From NCBI RefSeq assembly GCF_019464535.1, contig NZ_CP080507.1:3210001-3242000 (forward strand): a DNA stretch of 32,000 nt. The letters are read 5' to 3'. Both the position numbers and the translations under genes were made by a program. Of this stretch, positions 1 through 7,800 are shown piece after piece (positions within the stretch are counted from its first letter, which is position 1; every line of letters starts with the position of its first letter). Origin of the DNA: Horticoccus luteus (GTDB lineage Bacteria > Verrucomicrobiota > Verrucomicrobiia > Opitutales > Opitutaceae). The notes below the pieces were generated by a model. It had not been told where the DNA came from, searched no databases, and saw only the letters and a list, made by a program, of their open reading frames with translations.

Positions 1-132
1 CACATGCTCTTCGACGCGAAGTTCGACCGCGAATGGGCGAAGGACGAGCCCCGCCAGAACACCCTCGTCTTCATCGGCAAGAACCTCGACCGCCCCGCGC
101 TCACCGAAGCCTTCAAAACCTGCTTGGCGTAA
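1..132 (+). CDS. 3' end of a COG0523/CobW-family G3E GTPase (CobW C-terminal domain); 5' part lies outside the window
   Basis: Frame 1 is open from base 1 to TAA at 130-132: 'HMLFDAKFDREWAKDEPRQNTLVFIGKNLDRPALTEAFKTCLA*'. The '..LVFIG.NL....L...F..CL' tail is typical of CobW_C domains. It parallels the C-terminus of the gene at 31289..32000 ('RRQELVFIGVTLPEAEIRAGLAACLV*'). It is too short to appear in the ORF track. Confidence 0.6.
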   Translation, partial: HMLFDAKFDREWAKDEPRQNTLVFIGKNLDRPALTEAFKTCLA

Positions 133-166
133 AACCGCCGGCGGTGAGCTTGTCGAACCCTCCGCG

Positions 167-391
167 ATGTCTGAACCAGCTGCCATGTCGGCTCCGTCCA
201 CCACCGACCCGGCCATCACCGCTGCCGAACGCGCGGGCTTCGATCTAAACTTGATTGACTGCAACCTGGCCCTCTCGCCCGAGCAGCGTCTTCTCCGCCA
301 TGATGCGGCGCTGGAGCTTGCCCAGGAATTGAGAAAGGCCGGCGAGGCGCGTTATGCACAACCTGCACCTGCTCCTGCAAAAGCTCGCTGA
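167..391 (+). CDS. Small hypothetical protein (74 aa), possible antitoxin-like partner of the downstream nucleotidyltransferase remnant
   Basis: ATG ORF located 35 nt after the preceding stop. The product is small and helical, with 'DLNLIDCNLALSPEQRLLRHDAALELAQELRKAGEA'. Its 3' end overlaps the inferred start (354) of the nucleotidyltransferase-like gene by 38 nt, as in two-gene TA-type cassettes. No enzymatic motif is present. Confidence 0.45.
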   Translation: MSEPAAMSAPSTTDPAITAAERAGFDLNLIDCNLALSPEQRLLRHDAALELAQELRKAGEARYAQPAPAPAKAR

Positions 392-834
392 CGTCCAAAT
401 CGAGTCGTCGTGATTGGCGGTTGTGCAGGCGTGTTGCACGGCTCCAGCTTGGTCACCAACGATCTGGACATTGCACCGTCCTCTCTCCCGGGACGATCAC
501 TAACCTTCGCCGGGCATTTTCCGACCTGCATCCGGTGCATCGTATGACGCCCGGCAAACTTTCCTTTCTTGAGGTGCCGCCCGCCGGGACCCCGCTGGTG
601 AATCATACTCTGGAAACCGACAGCGGCATCCTCGATGTCCTCTCCAACGTGCTGGGCGTTGGAGCGTATTCACGTCTGCGACAGAACGCCGCGGAATTGC
701 CGCTCTTTGGCCGCCGATGCGCCGTCATTTCACTTCCCGACCTCATCGCCGCCAAGGAAGCCTGCGGTCGCGAAAAGGATTTGCTCGCGGCCAAAGAGCT
801 GCGCGCCATCGCCGCCAAACGCGTTGAAGCCTGA
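354..834 (+). pseudogene. Minimal nucleotidyltransferase-fold protein, disrupted by two frameshifts (or two sequencing indels)
   Basis: Three consecutive frames together read like one protein. Frame 3, 354-410: 'MHNLHLLLQKLADVQIES'. Frame 2, 407-~490: 'VVIGGCAGVLHGSSLVTNDLDIAPS', a GG.A..HG....T.DLD nucleotidyltransferase motif. Frame 1, ~493-834: 'TNLRRAFSDLHPVHRMTPGK...ISLPDLIAAKEACGREKDLLAAKELRAI'. Restoring one base near 404/405 (gag-t[t]c-gtc-gtg) would give 'IEFVVIGG'. The second shift lies in the ccc/ggg run at 487-492. Confidence 0.5.
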
Positions 835-992
835 GCCGTCCGCCGCTACGCGACGTCCCGCCACGTCTCCCGGGCAGACGACGATCCCGCCGTCGCGCGA
901 ACGCGGCGCAACGCCCGCCGGCCCCGCTCGGTAAAACCATTTGCCACGCGCGCGGGAGCTGGGATTTTTTCCCTTTTCCCTCTTCGCTCTCG

Positions 993-3900
993 ATGCGGTT
1001 CGTTTCCTTTGTCGTCTCAGTCTGCCTCGCGTTTCTCGTCACCGTCGACGGCGTGCGTGCGCAATCCGCCGCGCCCGCCGCCCGCGAATGGGGCCGGCCC
1101 TTGGTGCGCACCTTCACGCCCCGCGACTACCAAGCCGATCCGCTTTGTCAGGCCGTTGTCCAAGGCGCGGACGGGATTCTCCTGATCGCCAACAACACCG
1201 ATGCCCTCGCTTACGACGGCGACACGTGGCAGCCGATCGCGCTGCCGTCCGCGTCCACCGGAATCGACCAGCTCGTCGCCGCTGCCGACGGGTTTGTCTA
1301 CGCCGCGGGCGGGAGCGTGCTGGGCTATTTTCGCGGCGCCGCCGGCCGCAAGGAATACGTTTCTCTCCTCGATCGCCTCCCCGGCGCGCAGGAACGCGCC
1401 GCTCGGGAATTCGCCATCGCCGCCGGACGCGACGCGCTTTACTGCGCGGATGAAACCACGCTGTGGGCGTGGCGCGGTGGAAATTTTTCGCGCATCGGCG
1501 GCGCGCCTCTCCCCCGCGGCGCCAAGCTCTTCGCCGTCGATGGCACCGTTTACGTCGGCGCCGAGGGCGCGCCGCTGTTCGTCGTCGCTCACGATCAACT
1601 CGCCCTCTTTGCCGATGCGCCCCGGCTGCGTGCGCACGAACCCGTGTTCGTCGAGCCCGGTGAGCATGGCGGCCTTCGCGTGCTCACCGAAGACGGCGGT
1701 TTCCTCGATGTCACGCCCTCGGAGACGGTCGCTCATCCCATCCCGGCCGATGCGCAACTGGCGGGAAAACAAGTGCGCCATGCGCAACGCCTCTCCGACG
1801 GTTCGTGCGTGATCGCGTTTTCCGCCGCCAGCGGCAACGGCGGTTTGCACCTCGCCGCCGACGGCCGTGCGCTCGGCCCGATCGACGAAACCATCGGCCT
1901 CCCGAACCGCGCGCTGCGCGACTTCGGCGTCGATCGCGAAGGCGGATTGTGGATCGGCCTCGAGTCCGGTCTCGCGCGCGTGGCCTGGCCCGGCGCGGTC
2001 ACGGCGTTCGATTCGGTCAACGGCCTCCACGGATTCGTCACGACCATCGCCCGTCAGGACAACGTCCTCTACGCGGCGACCATCGAGGGCCTTTTCCGGC
2101 TGCTGCCCGGCGACGCCGCTGGCCATCCCGCCCGTTTCGAACGCATCGCCTCAGGACCCGTTTACGCGTTGTTGCCGGACCCGGCCGGCTTGCTCGTGCG
2201 CACCGGCAGCACGCTCTCCCGCGTGACTGCACACGGCTTGGAACGCCTTCTGCCGTTACCCGCCGGCATCGGCGATATCGTTCGCTCGCACCACGATCCG
2301 CGGCGCCTCTGGTTGAATACCATGCATGGTCTGCACGCCGTGTATCTCACCGCCGAGGGCTGGCGGGAGGAAGGCCAGGTGCCCGGCTTCTCCGGCCATG
2401 TCGCAGGCGCGATCGAACTCGATGACGGCTCCCTCTGGCTCTCGAGTTACGATCAAGGGCTGCTCCATCTCCGCTTCCCCGACGCCGATCACCCGTTCGC
2501 CGCGGCACCGGTGATCGACGCCTTCGCGCGCGGCCACGGCCTGCCTCCCGGCTTCGCGCACTGCGCCGTGTATCCATGGGAGGGCGCGCCCGTTTTCTTT
2601 TTCGACGTCGCGTCGCGCCCCTACCGGTTCGATGCGGCACGACAGCAGTTCTCACCGTTGGTCGGCACCGCCGCACTCGCCGCACGGCCACCCGCCGACT
2701 GCTGGTCCTCGGGCCCGGCCGGGGACGACCTTTGGTTTACCAACAATGACCCGCGTCCGTCGCGCCGCGCGATTTACCGGTTGGCCGGCGGTCGCGGCGC
2801 GCCCGAAACGCTCCCGCACGGCATCGCGGAAACCGCGGGGAAAATCTGGCACATGATCGCCGAACCCGGCGCCGATGGCCCCGTCTTGTGGATTTGCTCG
2901 GTCAACGGCCTGCTTCGCGTCGAACTCAATCACGCGTTCGCGCCGCCGACCCCGCTCGTGACTTTGCTGCGATCCGACATCGTGCAGGACGGCACGCGCT
3001 TGCCCGCTCACAACACCGTGCCCGCGTTCGCGTTTGCGGCGCCGCGTTTATCGGCCGGCGCCCACGTCGAATATCAAAGCCGGCTCGTCGGGCTCGACGA
3101 CGCTTGGTCGCCGTGGTCCGCCGTCCGCCTCCGTTCCTTCGCGCGCATCCCGCCCGGCGATTACCGCTTCGAGGTCCGCGCCCGCGATGCCGACCACACG
3201 GTGAGCGCGCCGGTCGCCCTGGCGTTCACTCTCTGGCCGCGCTGGTGGCAGACGCCGTGGGCCTACACGCTCTTCACGGTCGCGGCCATCGCCGCCATCG
3301 CCGCCGCCACGCGGTGGATCGCCGTGCGCACGCTCCGCCGGCGCGTTGCTTTGCTCGAAGCCCAATCCGCCGTCGAACGCGAACGCCTCCGCCTCGCCCG
3401 CGATCTGCACGACGACATCGGCTCCGGTCTCGGTCGCGTGATCCTCTTCGCCGGCGAAGCCGAACGCGCGCAAAACGATCCCGCGCTCCTCTCCGCCGCC
3501 CTCGGTCGCATGCGGCACACCGCGCAGGAACTCGTGCACCACGCCCGCGAGATCGTCTGGGCCGTGAGCCCCCAGCACGACTCCGTCGCCAGCCTCGCCG
3601 AGCGCGTCGGCGATTACGCCATGGAGACCCTCTCCGCCGCCGGCATGCGTTGCGAAACGGATATTCCCCTCGATCTGCCGGCAGCGCCCCTTCGCTCCGA
3701 CGCGCGTCACAGCCTCTTCCTCGCCGTGAAGGAAGCGTTGCACAACTGCATCAAATACTCCGGCGCCACGAAAGTCCTCGTGCGCGCCCGCGTCCATGAC
3801 GGCTGGTTCACGCTCACGATCGCCGATGACGGTTGTGGTTTTGCCCCCGGCGAATGCCGCGGGACCGGCCACGGCTTGCTCAACCTCGCCAGCCGCGCTG

Positions 3901-3995
3901 AAGCGCTCGGCGGCACCGCGAACATCACCAGCGCGCCCGGCGCGGGCACCACCGTCACCCTCTCCATCCCGCTCAGGCCCCCGCCCTCGTCGTGA
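993..3995 (+). CDS. Sensor histidine kinase (NarL/LuxR-class, HisKA_3 + HATPase_c) with a large periplasmic beta-propeller/Y_Y_Y sensor domain
   Basis: 1000-aa ORF. Signal peptide 'MRFVSFVVSVCLAFLVTVDGVRAQS'. About 700 aa of propeller-like repeats. Y_Y_Y-type module 'YQSRLVGLDDAWSPWS...IPPGDYRFEVRARD...LWPRWWQTPWAY', then a TM helix 'TLFTVAAIAAIAAATRWI'. Phospho-His box 'ERERLRLARDLHDDIGSGL'. ATPase boxes 'EALHNCIKYSGA', 'DDGCGF', 'GHGLLNLASRAEALGG'. Confidence 0.9.
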   Translation: MRFVSFVVSVCLAFLVTVDGVRAQSAAPAAREWGRPLVRTFTPRDYQADPLCQAVVQGADGILLIANNTDALAYDGDTWQPIALPSASTGIDQLVAAADGFVYAAGGSVLGYFRGAAGRKEYVSLLDRLPGAQERAAREFAIAAGRDALYCADETTLWAWRGGNFSRIGGAPLPRGAKLFAVDGTVYVGAEGAPLFVVAHDQLALFADAPRLRAHEPVFVEPGEHGGLRVLTEDGGFLDVTPSETVAHPIPADAQLAGKQVRHAQRLSDGSCVIAFSAASGNGGLHLAADGRALGPIDETIGLPNRALRDFGVDREGGLWIGLESGLARVAWPGAVTAFDSVNGLHGFVTTIARQDNVLYAATIEGLFRLLPGDAAGHPARFERIASGPVYALLPDPAGLLVRTGSTLSRVTAHGLERLLPLPAGIGDIVRSHHDPRRLWLNTMHGLHAVYLTAEGWREEGQVPGFSGHVAGAIELDDGSLWLSSYDQGLLHLRFPDADHPFAAAPVIDAFARGHGLPPGFAHCAVYPWEGAPVFFFDVASRPYRFDAARQQFSPLVGTAALAARPPADCWSSGPAGDDLWFTNNDPRPSRRAIYRLAGGRGAPETLPHGIAETAGKIWHMIAEPGADGPVLWICSVNGLLRVELNHAFAPPTPLVTLLRSDIVQDGTRLPAHNTVPAFAFAAPRLSAGAHVEYQSRLVGLDDAWSPWSAVRLRSFARIPPGDYRFEVRARDADHTVSAPVALAFTLWPRWWQTPWAYTLFTVAAIAAIAAATRWIAVRTLRRRVALLEAQSAVERERLRLARDLHDDIGSGLGRVILFAGEAERAQNDPALLSAALGRMRHTAQELVHHAREIVWAVSPQHDSVASLAERVGDYAMETLSAAGMRCETDIPLDLPAAPLRSDARHSLFLAVKEALHNCIKYSGATKVLVRARVHDGWFTLTIADDGCGFAPGECRGTGHGLLNLASRAEALGGTANITSAPGAGTTVTLSIPLRPPPSS

Positions 3996-4092
3996 CCGCG
4001 TGGCCACGGCGATGCGGAAAATCTGTGTCACTGCGCGCGCGCCCGGAACTTTGGGTTCGCGCGCCTCGAATTTCGTCTCCTTTTCAGTCGTC

Positions 4093-4722
4093 GTGACGAC
4101 TGTCGCCCTCATCGAAGACGACCCCGCCTACCGCGCCGGCTTGGAACGCCTCGTCGCCAGCAGCGGGCGATTCACCCTCGTGGCATCCTTCGGTTCGGCC
4201 GAAGCAGCGTTGACTGAGCTGCCCGCGCTCGCCCCGCAGATTGTCTTGTCCGACATCAATCTCCCCGGCCTGCCCGGCCCCGCCGCCGTGCTGCAATTGC
4301 GCACGCTCTGCCCCGCCACGAAGTGCGTGGTGCTGACGATCTTCGACGACGCGGATCATCTTTTCTCCGCGCTGCAGGCCGGCGCCGTCGGCTACCTGTT
4401 GAAAACGTCTTCGCCCGAGGAAATCCTCGCTGCGTTGGACGAAGCGGTCGCCGGCGGCGCGCCGATGTCGCGACCGATTGCGCGGCGCGTGCTCGCCTCT
4501 TTCGCCCGGCCCATCGCCCCGCAATCCGGCGGTGCCGGCGCCGCCATCACCCGGCGCGAGGAAGAAATTCTCGACCAACTCGCGCGTGGACTCGCGTATA
4601 AGGAAATCGCCGCCGCGCTCGGCATCAGCCCCGCCACTGTAAAAAACCATCTCGGGCGTATTTACGAAAAGCTCGCGGTGCGTTCGCGCACGGAAGCGGC
4701 TGTGCGCTGGCTCGGGCGTTGA
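4093..4722 (+). CDS. Response regulator, REC + LuxR/FixJ-type HTH (NarL family)
   Basis: 'VALIEDDPAYRAGL...IVLSDINLPGLPG...VLTIFDD...AGAVGYLLKT' is a receiver domain with an acidic pocket, phospho-Asp and Lys. 'TRREEEILDQLARGLAYKEIAAALGISPATVKNHLGRIYEKLAVRSRTEA' is a LuxR HTH. The start is set at GTG 4093 (M-TTVALIEDD). In-frame ATG 4012 is the alternative. Confidence 0.88.
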   Translation: MTTVALIEDDPAYRAGLERLVASSGRFTLVASFGSAEAALTELPALAPQIVLSDINLPGLPGPAAVLQLRTLCPATKCVVLTIFDDADHLFSALQAGAVGYLLKTSSPEEILAALDEAVAGGAPMSRPIARRVLASFARPIAPQSGGAGAAITRREEEILDQLARGLAYKEIAAALGISPATVKNHLGRIYEKLAVRSRTEAAVRWLGR

Positions 4723-4807
4723 GCGCGTTCATGTCCCCGCGGCGGTCCGTGCGCACCGCAAAATAGGGCCGAATGGGCCTAGGGCGGAGCGGGCGGCATT
4801 TGGCAAT

Positions 4808-7800
4808 ATGGAAGCACTTGTCGGTCCACACCGCCTGACGGCGGCGTGTCGCCAGCGCCGCCCGCCATTTGGCGCGCGGCGGTTGGCAGCGGCCGGCGCA
4901 ACTCTCCCGCTTCGCTTGAACTTCTCCTCCTTCTCCCGCTCCGTGCGCCGCACGTTCTGCCGCACGATTCCGTTGCGTTCCCGTTTTCCACGGTGGTCGC
5001 CCACGCTTGCGCTGGCCGTGAGTTGCGCGTTCGCGGCCAGTCCCATGGCCCACGCCCAGTCGCTCGCGCAAAACACTGATTTCTCCCACACGGATTTCTC
5101 GCACCTCGATCTCTCCGGTCAAAACGCCTCCTACTCGAAGTTCATCCAGGCCGACTTCACCGGCGCCGATCTTCACGGCGCGATTCTATTTTCCACCGAC
5201 CTCACCGGCGCGTCGTTCCACGACGCCAACGTCGCCGATGTCATGTTTTCCGGCGCCACGTTGACGGGCGCTGACTTGCGCAACGCCAACGTCGCCCAAG
5301 CCATCAGCGCCACGCAACTCCTCTCTGCGCAGGACATCACGGGCGTGAACCTGAGCGGCAACGACCTCAGCGGTTTTAACTTCTACTATCGCTCCCTCTC
5401 AGGGGCGAACCTCTCCAGCGCCAACCTCACCTCCGCCTCGTTGCGCAGCGTCAGCCTGCAAAACGCCAACCTCGCCGGCGCCACGCTCACCTCCGCCGAC
5501 CTCACGCTCGCCGATCTGCGCAATGCCGATGCCGCCCAATCCATCACCGCGACCCAGCTCGCCAGCGCCAGCTCCTTCACCGGCGCCAACCTCAGCGGCA
5601 ACCACTTCGCCAGCGCCAACCTCGCCAGCTTCGATCTGACCGACACCGTCCTCGTCTCGACCGATTTCTCTTCCGCCACCCTTACGGCCACGACTTTCCG
5701 CCGCGCCAACCTCGCCGGCGCCAACCTCGCCGGCGCCGATCTCAGCGGCGCCAATCTCGTCTCCGCCAACGTCACCGGGGCCACCTTCACGGGCGCCAAC
5801 CTCAGCGGGGCCGACTTCCGTTCCTCCACCAGTGCCACCGCGATCACCGACGTCCAACTCGCCACCGCGGCCGACGTTACCCGCATCAATTTGGCGGGTA
5901 ATGACCTCAATTACGACCGCTTCGACTCCCTCAATCTCAACGGGGCGAACTTCTCCTACGCCGGCCTCCAATGGGCCACGTTTCGTTCCAGCGATCTGCG
6001 CAACGTCGATTTCACCAATGCCAACCTCACCCACGCCTATCTCGGCGGCAGCGATCTCCGCGGCGCGATCATCTCCGTCGCCCAACTGCGCAGCACCGGG
6101 TGGGATTGGAGCAGTCTGAATTTAAGCGGTCGGAATTGGCGGTATGAGGATCTGCACGGCCTGTCCCTGAGCTACTCCGATCTCAGCGCCAACAACATGG
6201 CGGACACCGACCTCACCGGCACCGATCTCTCAAGCGCCAATCTCACCAATGCCAGTCTGTATGGCGCCAATCTCACCAACGCCAATTTCTCCGGCGCCAA
6301 TCTCAACGGCGCCGACCTCCGCGCTTACTACGGCCAGACCAACGGCATCTCCGCCACCCAGCTCTACTACGCCGCGAGCTTCGTCGGTGCCAATCTCGCC
6401 TACACCAATCTCGCCAACGGCTATTTCAGCAATCGCAACTTCAGTTCGGCCGACCTCAACCACGTCAACTTTACCGGCGCCGACCTCAGCCGCTCCACCT
6501 TTGCCGGCGCCGACCTCACCGGCACCAATTTCACCAACGCCTCGCTCTTTCGCGCCAGCGTCACCACCTACCTCCTCACCAGCGCCGATTTCACCGGCGC
6601 CAATCTTTCCCAAGCCACACTCGGCGATGCCAACCGCACCGATGGTTTCATCTACAACGGCTTGCTGGCTCTCACCAGCGACACCACCACCCTTGCCTCC
6701 GCCGGCCGCGCGAGCCTCGGTTATCTCACGACTCTGAGCTACGGCTCCACCCTCTCCGCCGCCCACGGCATCGAGCTTCCCGCCTCTCGTCAGCTCACCG
6801 GGTCCGGCACCATCGCCACCCCCAACACCCTCGTCGACGCCTCCGTCATCGACGGCACCGTCCAGGGCTCCGCCTACGCCCCGTTGGTCTTCACCGGATA
6901 TCTGCGCGGCGACGGCCTCTACAAGGGCTCCGTCACCTTCACCGGCACGCTCGCGCTCTCCGGCACCACCGACAACCTTCCTGGCTCCGCCAACGCCATC
7001 CGCCTCAACGGCGCGACGTTGTTCGCCTCCGCCAATGCCACCACCGCGCATCCCCTCGCCATCGACGACGCGGGCGCCTCCCTCGTCACCGCGGCGGACG
7101 CCACACTTACCCTCAGCGGCGTCATCTCCGGCGCGGGCGGACTCACCGTCAGCGGCTCCGGCACCACCGTCCTCGGCGGCAATAACTCCTATGCCGGCGG
7201 CACCACGCTCACCGGCGGCACGACCGAAATCGCCAGCGACACCGCCCTCGGACTCTCGTGGAACAGTTACGGCGCCGTGACGTTCGACGGCGGCACGCTC
7301 CACACGACCGCCAGTTTCACCAGCGCTCGCTCCCTTATCCTCGACACCGACGGCGGCACCTTCGACGTCGCCGCCGACACCACGCTCACTTGGAACGGCG
7401 GCATCGACGGCACCGGCTCGCTCACCAAAATCGGCACCGGCACACTCCTGCTCGGTGGCGCCGGCACCTACACCGGCGACACGTTCGTGGAGTTCGGCAC
7501 CGTGCGCCTGATCGCGCCCGCCGCCTTCAACGAGCACACCACCATCCACGTTTCCCCCGGCGCCACGTTCGACACCAACGGCTACTCCGCCAGCGGCGGT
7601 GCCAGCGGCGGCGGCACGATCAACATCAGCGCCGGCGGCTTCACCCACAACGGCGCCGACGAGACATTCGCCGGCAGTTTCGTCGGATCGGGCGGACTGA
7701 CCGTCGACGGCGCCGGCACCTTCGCGTTGACCGGCGAAAACACCTACACCGGCACCACCACCGTCAACCACGGCACCCTCGAACTCGCCGATGGCGGCTC

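Noticed and set aside
33-248. 71-aa ORF in frame 3 spanning the first gene's end and the intergenic region
   Set aside because: The product is a Pro/Arg-rich nonsense translation. It overlaps the well-supported frame-1 CobW_C tail and the start of the 167-391 ORF.
5078-6637. Periodic DNA that could be mistaken for a CRISPR array or tandem DNA repeat
   Set aside because: The periodicity is 15 nt, which encodes the pentapeptide repeats, and it is degenerate at the DNA level. There are no 25-40-nt direct repeats separated by unique spacers and no cas genes. It lies wholly inside one ORF.
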